From the NCBI GenBank assembly GCA_048550535.1, contig JBLYYN010000146.1, positions 1 to 59,977 on the forward strand: a stretch of DNA of 59,977 nucleotides. The letters run 5' to 3'. Shown in pieces: positions 36,942-47,345 of the stretch; the stretch's first letter is position 1, and the number at the start of each line of letters is the position of its first letter. The notes under the pieces are model-generated. The model made no database searches and was not told where the DNA came from. It was given only the letters and a program-made list of their open reading frames with translations. Position numbers and translations under genes: made by a program. The DNA is from Gammaproteobacteria bacterium (lineage in GTDB: Bacteria > Pseudomonadota > Gammaproteobacteria > SZUA-229).

Positions 36942-38207
36942 ATGTCACGTATTGTTGACAGACGGCTAAACGGAAAAAACAAAAGCGCTGTTAATCGGCA
37001 GAAATTTATACGCCGTTTCAAACAACAAATAAAAAAATCTGTATCCGATGCCATCTCCGAGCGTAGTGTTACCGACCTCGACAAAGGCGAAAAAATATCC
37101 ATCCCCAGCAAGGATATCTCCGAGCCTTTTTTCCACCATGGAAGTGGTGGAGAAAGGGAGCGCACGCATCCTGGCAACAAGGAATTTATCAAGGGTGACA
37201 AAATACCCCGACCTAAAACAGGCGCAGCTGAAGGCCAGGGTAGCGAAGCATCCGATACGGGTGAAGGCATGGATGATTTCATTTTCGAACTCAGTCGTGA
37301 AGAGTTTTTAAATTTTTTCTTCGAAGACCTGGAATTACCTAATCTGATCAAAACCAAACTCGCTACTATTAGTGAAACTAAGAAAGTTAGAGCGGGCCAT
37401 ACTTCAGATGGCATCCCCACCAATATAAATGTAATCCGTTCCCTGCGCGGTGCCATGGGTCGACGCATTGCATTACGTGCACCTCATGTCGAACAACTGG
37501 AAGCAGCTGAACAAGAACTCGAAGACCTGTTAAAACGACATAGCGATAACGACTCAGTCGTTATCGAATTGAGAAAAGAGATACAACGCCTTAAGAAAAA
37601 AATCGAAAACATACCCTTCATTGATACCTTCGATTTGCGCTATGACAACCGTATTGATCAACCCAAGCCCACCACCCAGGCGGTAATGTTCTGCATTATG
37701 GATATTTCCGGCTCCATGGGTCGCGAAGAAAAGGATATGGCCAAACGTTTTTTCATGCTGCTGTACCTGTTTTTAACTCGCACTTATGAAAAAATCCAGG
37801 TGGTATTCATTTCCCATCACACTGTAGCTAACGAAGTGGATGAAGACAGTTTTTTCTATTCCAGGGAAACCGGAGGTACTGTAGTTTCCAGCTCCCTAAA
37901 ACTACTGCATAAAATCATCCAGCAACGCTTCCCCAGTTCAGAATGGAACATTTATGCTGCTCAAGCTTCCGATGGCGATAACTGGCACAACGATTCCGAC
38001 ACCTGTCGCCAGTTAATGAGTCACAAAATTATGCCCTACATGCAGTATTACGCCTATATCGAAATCACCCAGGACAGCCACCAGAACCTGTGGGAACAAT
38101 ATATAAAACTTAAATCCGACTGGCCTAATTTCGCCATGAAGCGAATCGAAAAACCATCTGATATTTACCCGGTATTCCGTAAACTTTTTAAAAAGCATGC
38201 CCTATGA
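36942..38207 (+). CDS. yeaH: YeaH/YhbH (DUF444) family protein
   Basis: 421 aa. The N-terminus IVDRRLNGKNKSAVNRQKFIRRFKQQIKKSV matches E. coli YeaH. A vWA-like DISGSM motif is present. Confidence 0.93.
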   Translation: MSRIVDRRLNGKNKSAVNRQKFIRRFKQQIKKSVSDAISERSVTDLDKGEKISIPSKDISEPFFHHGSGGERERTHPGNKEFIKGDKIPRPKTGAAEGQGSEASDTGEGMDDFIFELSREEFLNFFFEDLELPNLIKTKLATISETKKVRAGHTSDGIPTNINVIRSLRGAMGRRIALRAPHVEQLEAAEQELEDLLKRHSDNDSVVIELRKEIQRLKKKIENIPFIDTFDLRYDNRIDQPKPTTQAVMFCIMDISGSMGREEKDMAKRFFMLLYLFLTRTYEKIQVVFISHHTVANEVDEDSFFYSRETGGTVVSSSLKLLHKIIQQRFPSSEWNIYAAQASDGDNWHNDSDTCRQLMSHKIMPYMQYYAYIEITQDSHQNLWEQYIKLKSDWPNFAMKRIEKPSDIYPVFRKLFKKHAL

Positions 38208-39691
38208 AAAGTAAACTATTATCGGAAACGGCAGACTGGACCTTTGGTCTGATAGAAACCTATCATGGGGAAATAGAACGCATCGCTGGTGAGTTTGGAC
38301 TTGAAACCTATCCGGTGCAACTGGAAATTATCACCGCCGAACAAATGATGGATGCATACGCCTCGGTTGGTATGCCCATTGGCTATACCCATTGGTCATT
38401 TGGGAAGGAGTTCCTGCGCAATGAAAAACGCTACAAGCGAGGGCAAATGGGACTGGCCTATGAAATAGTCATCAATTCTGATCCCTGCATTGCCTATCTA
38501 ATGGAAGAAAACACCATGACTATGCAGGCACTGGTTATTGCTCATGCTGCCTATGGTCATAATTCCTTCTTTAAAAATAATTATTTATTTACCACCTGGA
38601 CTAATGCCGATTCCATTATTGATTACCTGTTGTTTGCCAAAAATTATGTTGCCCAATGCGAAAAGCGTTATGGCGAAGACGCCGTTGAAGCCATACTGGA
38701 CTCCTGCCATGCGCTGAAAAACTTTGGTGTCGATCGCTATAAACGTCCCGCCAGGCTTTCCCTACAGGAAGAGCAGGCCAAACAGAAAGATCGCGAAGAA
38801 TATCTACAGTCACAGGTTAATGAGTTATGGAAAACCATTCCAGTGAAAGAAGCAACAGGGGAGAACAAGAAACACGAACTTTTCCCACAGGAACCTCAGG
38901 AAAATATACTGTATTTTATCGAAAAAAATGCGCCTCTGCTGGAATCCTGGCAACGTGAGATCGTACGTATAGTGCGTAAAATTGCCCAGTATTTCTACCC
39001 ACAAAGACAAACCCAGGTAATGAATGAGGGCTGGGCCTGTTTCTGGCATTACACCATATTGAACAGGATGTACGACGAAGGTCTGGTCAATGACGGCTTT
39101 ATCATTGAATTTCTGCAATCACACACCAATGTGGTGTATCAACCGCCTTTTGACAGCCCCTATTACAACGGCATCAATCCCTATGCACTGGGTTATAACA
39201 TGATGACGGACATTCGACGCATATGTGAACACCCGGAACCGGAAGACCAGCGCTGGTTTCCCGATATCGCCGGCAGCGACTGGCAGCAGACCCTGGATTT
39301 TGCCATGCGTAATTTTAAGGACGAGAGCTTCATCAGCCAGTATCTGTCGCCGAAATTAATTCGCGACTTCAAACTGTTCTCGATCCTGGATGATGACCAT
39401 AAAAAAGCCATTGAAATTACCGCCATCCATGACGACGATGGTTACCAGTATATCCGCCAGGCCTTGTCCGATCAGTACAACCTGGGCAGCATCGAGCCCA
39501 ACATACAGGTTTATAATGTGGACCTTAAAGGTGATCGCTCACTGACCCTGCGGCATACCCAATACAACCGTATGCCGCTGGACAAGAGTGCCAAAGAAGT
39601 GCTGAAACATGTTGCACGATTATGGGGTTTCAAGGTGAGGCTGGAAACGGTTTCCAGCGACGGCACCCTGACCCAGCAAATCGTTAGTTAG
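38204..39691 (+). CDS. ycgB: SpoVR/YcgB family protein
   Basis: 495 aa. Its start overlaps the yeaH stop (ATGA). It is the third member of the conserved prkA-yeaH-spoVR triad, with conserved blocks VIAHAAYGHNSFFKNN and NEGWACFWH. Confidence 0.93.
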   Translation: MKSKLLSETADWTFGLIETYHGEIERIAGEFGLETYPVQLEIITAEQMMDAYASVGMPIGYTHWSFGKEFLRNEKRYKRGQMGLAYEIVINSDPCIAYLMEENTMTMQALVIAHAAYGHNSFFKNNYLFTTWTNADSIIDYLLFAKNYVAQCEKRYGEDAVEAILDSCHALKNFGVDRYKRPARLSLQEEQAKQKDREEYLQSQVNELWKTIPVKEATGENKKHELFPQEPQENILYFIEKNAPLLESWQREIVRIVRKIAQYFYPQRQTQVMNEGWACFWHYTILNRMYDEGLVNDGFIIEFLQSHTNVVYQPPFDSPYYNGINPYALGYNMMTDIRRICEHPEPEDQRWFPDIAGSDWQQTLDFAMRNFKDESFISQYLSPKLIRDFKLFSILDDDHKKAIEITAIHDDDGYQYIRQALSDQYNLGSIEPNIQVYNVDLKGDRSLTLRHTQYNRMPLDKSAKEVLKHVARLWGFKVRLETVSSDGTLTQQIVS

Positions 39692-40974
39692 GCCGCCTGA
39701 CTGCTTTTACGCCGACTGTTATAGCGAGAGCCAGATGAGTTTGAACCGCCCTGGCCAGCATAACTTTTCTTCTTGAAGCGAATATTGGGCTTACGACGAC
39801 CTTTATCCGACTTACTGCTGTTGCCACTGGGTCGCGGTTTTTTCGGTTCCAGACCGGAAATGACCGACAGATCCAGCTTGGACTCGATCAGCTTTTCGAT
39901 ACGGGACAGATAGCCCCAGTCCTGAGGACCCACCAGAGAAATAGCCGTGCCCGTAGCGCCACCACGGCCGGTACGACCTATGCGGTGAATATAATCTTCT
40001 GCCTGCATAGGCAGATCAAAATTAACTACATGGCTGATGCCCTTGATATCCAGGCCACGAGCAGCCACATCGGTGGCGACCAGCACTTTCAGACGCTTGT
40101 TGGACAGCTGGTCGATGGTGCGTCGACGCTGACTCTGACGCATATCGCCGTGCAATGCGGCACATCGGTGTCCCTCTTCTTTCAGCTTATCGGCCAACTG
40201 GTCTGCACCGCGCTTGGTGGCAGTGAAAATAATGGCCTGGTTCATGTCCTGACCCGCCAGCACTTCGGATAGCAGCGCGTGCTTGTGCCTGAAATCATCA
40301 GCCTGATGCAGCTTCTGAGTAATCGAATCGTGCTTGAAGCGATTGCCGGCAATCTGTACCTGAACCGGCTTATTCAATACCTGTTGCGCCACTTTACGGA
40401 TCTCACCTTCTAAGGTGGCCGAGAACAGCAAGGTCTGACGGGTGCTGGGAGTTAAATTGGCAATCCGTTTCACATCATCCAGAAAACCCATGTCCAGCAT
40501 GCGATCCGCTTCATCCAGAATCAGCAATTCAAGATTACTAAAATCGATACGACCCGCCTCGATATGGTCGATCAAACGGCCTGGTGTAGCCACCAGCAGG
40601 TCAAGATTCTGCTTCAGAAGACGAATTTGTGGAGGGTAAGGGGCGCCACCAACGATGGAGCAGGAGCGCATCCGAAGATGCTTGGTGAACATATAAATAT
40701 TGTCTGCCACCTGCTTGGCCAACTCCCGGGTTGGCGTCAGCACCAGCACTCTTGGTCCCAGACTTTGAGGTTTGTCTGACTCATGCAAACGCTGCAGAGT
40801 AGGCAGCACAAAAGCCGCGGTTTTGCCCGTGCCTGTAGGGGCAGAGGCCATAATATCGCGACCATCTAGAATATGAGGGATTGCCTGTTGCTGGATGTCA
40901 GAAGGCGTGTCGAAACCACACTCCGCCACTGCTTTCAGCAGTTTGGGGTGCAAAGCAAAATCACTAAATAACAA
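39688..40974 (-). CDS. rhlE: DEAD-box ATP-dependent RNA helicase, RhlE-like
   Basis: Q motif and motif I (PSDIQQQAIPHIL ... APTGTGKTAAF), DEAD (ILDEADRMLD), SAT, and HRIGRTGRGG. It has a basic C-terminal tail and a TTG start. Confidence 0.88.
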   Translation of the reverse strand: MLFSDFALHPKLLKAVAECGFDTPSDIQQQAIPHILDGRDIMASAPTGTGKTAAFVLPTLQRLHESDKPQSLGPRVLVLTPTRELAKQVADNIYMFTKHLRMRSCSIVGGAPYPPQIRLLKQNLDLLVATPGRLIDHIEAGRIDFSNLELLILDEADRMLDMGFLDDVKRIANLTPSTRQTLLFSATLEGEIRKVAQQVLNKPVQVQIAGNRFKHDSITQKLHQADDFRHKHALLSEVLAGQDMNQAIIFTATKRGADQLADKLKEEGHRCAALHGDMRQSQRRRTIDQLSNKRLKVLVATDVAARGLDIKGISHVVNFDLPMQAEDYIHRIGRTGRGGATGTAISLVGPQDWGYLSRIEKLIESKLDLSVISGLEPKKPRPSGNSSKSDKGRRKPNIRFKKKSYAGQGGSNSSGSRYNSRRKSSQAA

Positions 40975-41472
40975 AATAAATATCCCGATCCGCCCGTATT
41001 ATGGGCAGTGTGTATTAAAAGTTGGCTAACCACGTTGCCAACCTAAAATTCACTGGGCTAGAAACGTAACTACGTACGCTGGAAGAAAGTTAATCTTCAA
41101 GAACAGGGGCGCACTATACTGAATAAAGCCATGAATTGCCATAGATATTGCATTTAATTTGGCTCAGGTTTTTACGACTACATGATTTGCATAATATTCG
41201 AGACTACAGCTCCAGCACAGGTTTTAGCTATTGCATAACAGCAAATATCAGCAACATTGATATTGTTCCTGCTCTGTACTGTTCAGGGTATGAGAAGCTT
41301 TCGTCACTGTTACTAGCCACTATTAATCACCGGACCCGTTAACTATATAAATCCAGTTGAAAGCAGTCATCCATTATATTTAACAAATCTATAATTTTCA
41401 GACCATATTAGGTTAAAATAATGCCTGATACCCATTTAAAACAAAAATCAACATATCCAGCTGGAACCATCA

Positions 41473-42936
41473 ATGCTCACCCATGAATTGATATCAACCA
41501 TAGACCTGTTTAAACAGGCAAAAGTGCTGGTCATTGGCGATATCATGTTAGATCAGTATATTTTTGGTGACACCAGTCGTATTTCACCAGAAGCGCCTGT
41601 TCCCATTGTCAAAAAACGTGAATTTGAAGATAAGCCAGGCGGTGCCGGAAATGTCGCACTAAATATCCGCAAACTAGGTGCCAAAGTTAGCTTATTAGGC
41701 ATGTGTGGTAATGATCCGGAAGGTGACTCTCTTGATCAATCTTTAACAAATAATGGCATCAATATTAGCCTTATAAGAACGCCCTTACCCACTATCAAAA
41801 AAACACGAATATTAAGCAAGCATCAGCAATTACTCAGAATCGATACTGAATCATCCTATAATGAGCTGGATCATTCTGAATTACTGGATAAAGCCAGCAA
41901 GCTAATCGATGAGCATGATACTGTCGTGCTTTCAGATTATGCTAAAGGCACACTCACCCCAGTTCTTCAAGACTTGATAAAAATAGCCAGATTTAAACAC
42001 AAAAAAGTTATTGTTGACCCAAAAGAAGCGGATCTCTCTCGTTATAAGAACGCTAACTGGATTACGCCAAACCTGAATGAATTCTTAACTTCTGCTGATT
42101 CAAATGCTGATGATGGTTCACTACAGACTCGTGCCGATCGGCTAATCAAAGACAATAATTTCGATGGCATTTTGTTGACTCGCAGCGAAAAAGGTATGAG
42201 CCTGTTTTCAAACAACAAGCCGCCACTTCACCTACCGGCAAAAGTAAGGGAAGTATTTGATGTCACCGGTGCCGGAGATACGGTTATTGCTCTAATGGCA
42301 ACGGGCTTATCGGTGACAGAAAATTTAAACCATATCATTGAACTTGCCAATACGGCTGCGGGCATTGTGGTTGGAAAAATGGGTGCTGCATATGTAACCC
42401 CAGAAGAAATCAAACTGGAAATCAGCAAGTCAGAATTCAACGATAAGACCAGAACATTTGGAATAATTGAACCAGAACAACTTGAAAAAGAACTGCAGAT
42501 AGCTCGACTGGGCGGTGAAAAAATCGTCTTCACCAATGGCTGCTTCGATATCTTACATGCGGGCCACGTTAAATACCTTGAAGAAGCCAAAGCGCTTGGT
42601 GATCGATTAATAGTTGCAGTCAATTCTGATGATTCTGTCAAAACACTCAAAGGTGAGATGAGACCAATTATCCCCCTGGCACAGAGGATGCGCCTACTAT
42701 CTTCACTTAAGTTTGTTGACTGGGTAGTCCCATTTAACGAAGAAACACCTGAGAAATTGATTTGTAAGCTACTACCAGATATCTTAACAAAGGGCGGGGA
42801 CTATAAAGCTGAAAATATAGCCGGCTACGATTGCATAAAGAAAAACAATGGCGAAACTATAATCCTTTCATTTACAGATAACATATCAACTTCAAACATA
42901 ATTAAAACAATAAAGCTATTAGGTGACAATCAATAA
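41473..42936 (+). CDS. hldE: Bifunctional D-beta-D-heptose 7-phosphate kinase / heptose 1-phosphate adenylyltransferase
   Basis: 487 aa. N-terminal ribokinase-like domain (RISPEAPVPIV, DVTGAGDT) and C-terminal cytidylyltransferase domain (FTNGCFDILHAGHVKYL). Confidence 0.93.
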   Translation: MLTHELISTIDLFKQAKVLVIGDIMLDQYIFGDTSRISPEAPVPIVKKREFEDKPGGAGNVALNIRKLGAKVSLLGMCGNDPEGDSLDQSLTNNGINISLIRTPLPTIKKTRILSKHQQLLRIDTESSYNELDHSELLDKASKLIDEHDTVVLSDYAKGTLTPVLQDLIKIARFKHKKVIVDPKEADLSRYKNANWITPNLNEFLTSADSNADDGSLQTRADRLIKDNNFDGILLTRSEKGMSLFSNNKPPLHLPAKVREVFDVTGAGDTVIALMATGLSVTENLNHIIELANTAAGIVVGKMGAAYVTPEEIKLEISKSEFNDKTRTFGIIEPEQLEKELQIARLGGEKIVFTNGCFDILHAGHVKYLEEAKALGDRLIVAVNSDDSVKTLKGEMRPIIPLAQRMRLLSSLKFVDWVVPFNEETPEKLICKLLPDILTKGGDYKAENIAGYDCIKKNNGETIILSFTDNISTSNIIKTIKLLGDNQ

Positions 42937-42951
42937 TACGAAATCAACTGT

Positions 42952-44046
42952 ATGAACATTTTAATTTTCACATCATCTAACAGCTCATTTAACAGTTTAC
43001 GCCCAGAAGCTGAAATTTTTATCGAAATATCCAATAGAGGACACAGGGTAACAATTGTGACTCAAGCAGATACTGAATATGCCAACATATATAAATCGAA
43101 AGGCATCAAGGTAATCGATCATCACCCTAAACATAAAATTAGTATTTCATCTATCAAAACGATTCGAAATGAACTTAAATCACACCACTACGATATCGTC
43201 TATGCGACAAACTCCAAATCCATCCCTAATGCAGCCTTTGCCTGCATTGGCTTTCCTGTTAAATTCATTACCTACAGAGGTACAACGGGCGGCCTCTACC
43301 GTCATGACCCAAGTGCATACCTGACACATTTACACCCAAGAGTGGATGGTATTATTTGTGTATCCGAAGCAGTCAGGAAAGATGTAGCTAAACGAGTCTG
43401 GAAAAACCGAGATAAAGTAGCATCTATCCATAAAGGACATAACTTAGCCTGGTATAACAAACCGCCTGCAGACTTATCCGAGTTCGGCATTAATCAAGAA
43501 GATTTTGTTGTAATATGCGCAGTCAATGCTCGCCCAAGCAAAGGCATAGCTATCATGCTGGAAGCTTCGAATTATTTGGCCGACATAAGTAATTTACATA
43601 TTTTACTGGTAGGCAAGAATATGGATACCGAACCATATCTAAGTCTTATTAGAAACAGCAAAATGCGTGAACGCATACATGTTTCTGGTTACAGACATAA
43701 CGCCCCCGAAATGATCGTAGCCAGCAACGTGCTTGTACAACCATCAATTAGCGGCGAAGGCTTACCCAGGGCAGTTATGGAAGCCATGGGCTATGGCACG
43801 CCTCCCATTATTACTACTACGGGCGGCGGCAAAGAAGTTGTCGAAGATGGCAAGACAGGGTTTATCGTACCAATTAAAGACCCCCAAGCTATTGCTGATC
43901 GGGTGCGGCAACTACATGACAATCCAGACTTGTTAAATAAGATGTCGATAGCTTGCAAAGGCAAATTACAGGGCGAACTATCATCTAATCGCACTGCAGA
44001 AAAATATATAGAGTACTTTGAGTCTTTGCTGTCAGAGAACAAATAA
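42952..44046 (+). CDS. Glycosyltransferase, GT4 (GT-B) family
   Basis: 364 aa. EX7E-type motif SGEGLPRAVMEAMGYGTP followed by KTGFIV. Confidence 0.85.
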   Translation: MNILIFTSSNSSFNSLRPEAEIFIEISNRGHRVTIVTQADTEYANIYKSKGIKVIDHHPKHKISISSIKTIRNELKSHHYDIVYATNSKSIPNAAFACIGFPVKFITYRGTTGGLYRHDPSAYLTHLHPRVDGIICVSEAVRKDVAKRVWKNRDKVASIHKGHNLAWYNKPPADLSEFGINQEDFVVICAVNARPSKGIAIMLEASNYLADISNLHILLVGKNMDTEPYLSLIRNSKMRERIHVSGYRHNAPEMIVASNVLVQPSISGEGLPRAVMEAMGYGTPPIITTTGGGKEVVEDGKTGFIVPIKDPQAIADRVRQLHDNPDLLNKMSIACKGKLQGELSSNRTAEKYIEYFESLLSENK

Positions 44047-44802
44047 CTAATCTTTCCCTTTAAATAAAAGAAAATTATATTTATTAAAAGTATATTGCAT
44101 CTGTATCACAGATATCAAAAACCCATGATAACCATCAAGAATGCCCAAACGTAAAATATAATGCCTGACAAATGCAAATAAAGGACGTACCACAATTTGA
44201 ATTCTGGACGCACGTTTGCCATTTTCATATTGCCTTCTCGCCCATGCCTTGGCATAACTATTACGCTTATCGATATATTGATCAAGCGAGTCTGTTGTAT
44301 AATGAAAAAACTCACCTTTTAAATCGATAACATTTGCACCTTTGCAATTGACTGATTCATGAACGAAAGCATCATTGTATCGAAATTTATGTCTGTTATA
44401 TAAACGCACAATCCGATCGGGGTACCAGCCACTATGCCTGATAAATTTCCCGCAGAAATATGTTAAGCGATTAAATCGGAAAACATCATTGTCGCTAGCC
44501 TGTTTTATCGCAAGCTCAATTTCCTGTCGCAACTCCTGGCTTACAACCTCATCGGAGTCTATCGCCAATATCCAGTCATTGCTTGTTTTATCTTCTGCAA
44601 TTCGCCTTTGATTGCCAAACCCCTTCCAGTCATGATATTCATATACCTTATCTGTATACTCCCTGACTATTTTCAGCGTGCCATCAGTACTACCTGAATC
44701 CACCACAACAATTTCATCCGCCCAAGAAACTGAATCGAGACATCTTCTAATCCTCACAGCTTCATTTTTACATATTATTGCAACAGATATTTTAGCATTC
44801 AT
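44047..44802 (-). CDS. Glycosyltransferase, GT2 family (LPS core type)
   Basis: 251 aa. ISVAIICKNEAVRIRRCLDSV ... VVVDSGSTDGT ... ILAIDSDEVV (DxD). Confidence 0.85.
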   Translation of the reverse strand: MNAKISVAIICKNEAVRIRRCLDSVSWADEIVVVDSGSTDGTLKIVREYTDKVYEYHDWKGFGNQRRIAEDKTSNDWILAIDSDEVVSQELRQEIELAIKQASDNDVFRFNRLTYFCGKFIRHSGWYPDRIVRLYNRHKFRYNDAFVHESVNCKGANVIDLKGEFFHYTTDSLDQYIDKRNSYAKAWARRQYENGKRASRIQIVVRPLFAFVRHYILRLGILDGYHGFLISVIQMQYTFNKYNFLLFKGKD

Positions 44803-44854
44803 AATCGAATTCGCATTTCATTTACCCTAAAATCTACACGACTTAAAGCGTTCA

Positions 44855-45655
44855 TCATTTCAACCAGATGATATCGCAGAAAGCACTTGATAAAATTTCA
44901 TTACGATCTATTGGACTTAGAGCTCCATTTTTCAGTACATTTGATTTAAACCCTTTCCCTTCAAGCAAATTAATTAACAGCTCAGGATCCACTTTTCCAT
45001 GCTGCAGATATCTAGGCACAAATTCACTAATAAGACAATCTATAGAATCCAGAACTTTTAAGGCACCAGAAAGTGCAAAATACTCATAACCTTCAATATC
45101 TATTTTTGCAAATTTGACTTTATTAAAATCTATATTATTTAACTGTATAAACTCATCCAGAACAAGTGCCTCGACTTCTACAAAATCTCCTTGATTGATA
45201 TCCAGCAATGAATGCCTTCCTAAATTTCTGTTGGAATATCTGTATAATTTTTTAATTTCTTTTTTATCCGAAAGCGCATTTTGTATAGCCTTTACTTTAT
45301 TCGCGCCATTCAATTGAATATTATAAATTAGCAACTGGTAATTAAGGGGGTCTGGCTCAAACGCATAAACCTGACAACCCTCTGGCATATGCTTATCCAA
45401 CAACAGAGAATACCAACCGATGTTCGCCCCTATATCCAGGGCAATATCACCCGAATGAAACTGGATGTGATTGATTATAAAATCTGACAACTCTTTTTCA
45501 TAAGCACCATTTTTATATATATGGCGCCCAATGGCATCCTCAATTTTAAACTTTAGACTGATGGAATATTTTTCTGCATGTGCAATCAAATATTGCCTGA
45601 CGATTAAATATCGGCATATTAAGTACTTGACTGATTGTATTAAATTAAAATTCAT
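44855..45655 (-). CDS. FkbM family methyltransferase
   Basis: 266 aa. ALDIGANIGWYS, VYAFEP and KIDIEGYE. Confidence 0.8.
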   Translation of the reverse strand: MNFNLIQSVKYLICRYLIVRQYLIAHAEKYSISLKFKIEDAIGRHIYKNGAYEKELSDFIINHIQFHSGDIALDIGANIGWYSLLLDKHMPEGCQVYAFEPDPLNYQLLIYNIQLNGANKVKAIQNALSDKKEIKKLYRYSNRNLGRHSLLDINQGDFVEVEALVLDEFIQLNNIDFNKVKFAKIDIEGYEYFALSGALKVLDSIDCLISEFVPRYLQHGKVDPELLINLLEGKGFKSNVLKNGALSPIDRNEILSSAFCDIIWLK

Positions 45656-45954
45656 GAAACCTACTTAAACGTGACTCCTGGAAGCCTCCAATCAAGACCA
45701 AGACACCAGTGCACAGGCTATTCATAAAATATACAATTAAAAACATTAGTATCACATGAGAACTTGCACGAACAATCTGTCAAATCCTAAACGTCCTAAT
45801 ACAATCACCAGCTCTATATCGCAGCAAACTAAGCCAGGACAGGATTCATCCGCCAAATTAGCATATCAGTAATTTATAGCCTAAATACACGGATATTTAT
45901 TCCATCTATGATTAAAAATATTGAAGCACCGAAGCTAATTAATAGTGATGGATA

Positions 45955-47016
45955 TTACAAGCCAAAGTAACTCATTCTCTTCCTCATCTGGTATTTTCGC
46001 CACAGATTCAAAGGCTTACGACTTAGCTTTTGGGCTGAGTTACTCTCAATAAATTCATCTACAGCCTGCAATACTCGCTCACTGGATTTACCATCCCGGT
46101 AAGGATGAAGCCCATCGACATATGACTTCATTGCCAGCATTAAGTCTTCAGGCCTGGCCAGGGCTTTTACTATTGCTGATTTAACATCCACAGCATCGGT
46201 AACGTTAAGTACCTGTGACCCAGGCACTTTTGTCCTATAGGTGACCACTGGCTTATCCAGCATCATAAATTCCAGGGCTATTGAGGAAGTATCGCAAAGC
46301 ATGACATCTGCCGCTCTAAGCAAGGGCAGCACATCAGAACTACTATCCACATAAGTGAAATTATCACCTTCAAGTTTTTTATATTCTTCAACAAGCTGCC
46401 TTGGCATTTTAGGATGCAAAGTAACCAACCAATGCCAGTCGCCTTGACTTGATATCTCTTTTATAGTCTGCACTAGGTGGGGGGCAGAGGTCAAAGACGG
46501 ACTAAATGTTGAAGCATAAAAAACAACCGGTTTGTCCGTATTTAACTGTCGTCTAAAGTCGAGACCCTGGTCCTTACTGCATCTAGCGGGATTAAATAGA
46601 GGATCAAGCTTTGGCCAACCGGTTTCCTTTACCATGAATGTTTTATACTTTGCCGCCAGTCGATTAAATACATCGGTCACCTCTGGCGCATGGGTACAAT
46701 AAAGATCAAATAAACCTCGAACCCTGTAGTGACCTTTTTTCCCTGTTTGATCATTAGCCAGGCCATGAAACACTTCCACTTTAACCCCAGGAAAAAAATC
46801 AGGCACCCAGTTTCCCGGCACAAAAACAGCTAGCGGATTATAATCCTTAACTTCCCGCACAGTATGCAGCTGCTTTTCATCATGCCTGAGATACTGAGCA
46901 TCAGTACCCTGCACAAACCAGGCAACCTCATCTCCTCGTTCACGAATCACTTCCTGCAAAGGACGCAATATCGAATAGGAATAGAGCTGATTGATAAAAA
47001 AAAGATATCGCCTCAT
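45955..47016 (-). CDS. Putative CDP-glycerol glycerophosphotransferase-like (TagF/Glyphos_transf-like) protein
   Basis: 353 aa. LVTLHPKM and VMLCDTSSIALEFMMLDKPVV resemble the TagB/TagF C-terminal motif (SDYSS..FD...L.KP). The assignment rests on motifs only. Confidence 0.55.
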   Translation of the reverse strand: MRRYLFFINQLYSYSILRPLQEVIRERGDEVAWFVQGTDAQYLRHDEKQLHTVREVKDYNPLAVFVPGNWVPDFFPGVKVEVFHGLANDQTGKKGHYRVRGLFDLYCTHAPEVTDVFNRLAAKYKTFMVKETGWPKLDPLFNPARCSKDQGLDFRRQLNTDKPVVFYASTFSPSLTSAPHLVQTIKEISSQGDWHWLVTLHPKMPRQLVEEYKKLEGDNFTYVDSSSDVLPLLRAADVMLCDTSSIALEFMMLDKPVVTYRTKVPGSQVLNVTDAVDVKSAIVKALARPEDLMLAMKSYVDGLHPYRDGKSSERVLQAVDEFIESNSAQKLSRKPLNLWRKYQMRKRMSYFGL

Positions 47017-47112
47017 TGTTTAAAACAAATCCTAAAAGCAGCAAGTTATTGCTGCCTATATAGTAGGCTGATGAAATTAATTATGGCGGTGATGTTAGCG
47101 CTGGGACCAGCA

Positions 47113-47322
47113 TCACTGTATGAGATGATACTCTGCACCACAGTACGGGCACTTGCCATAACCCTGTTTATTAAATGCGATAAACACCTGTGGGTGTGAA
47201 TTCCATAGACTGCTGCCGGGCATTGGGCAATGCACCGGCAAGTCTTCCTGTTTTACTTCATACTGATTTTTTTCGTTGGGTTGTGCTAATCCACTCTGGG
47301 CTGCAGTATTTGGATTGGGCAT
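47113..47322 (-). CDS. Small zinc-finger (zf-CHCC-like) protein
   Basis: 69 aa. VHCPMP ... KCPYCGAEY. Confidence 0.7.
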   Translation of the reverse strand: MPNPNTAAQSGLAQPNEKNQYEVKQEDLPVHCPMPGSSLWNSHPQVFIAFNKQGYGKCPYCGAEYHLIQ

Positions 47323-47345
47323 AGTATTTCCCCTTATATAAATGA

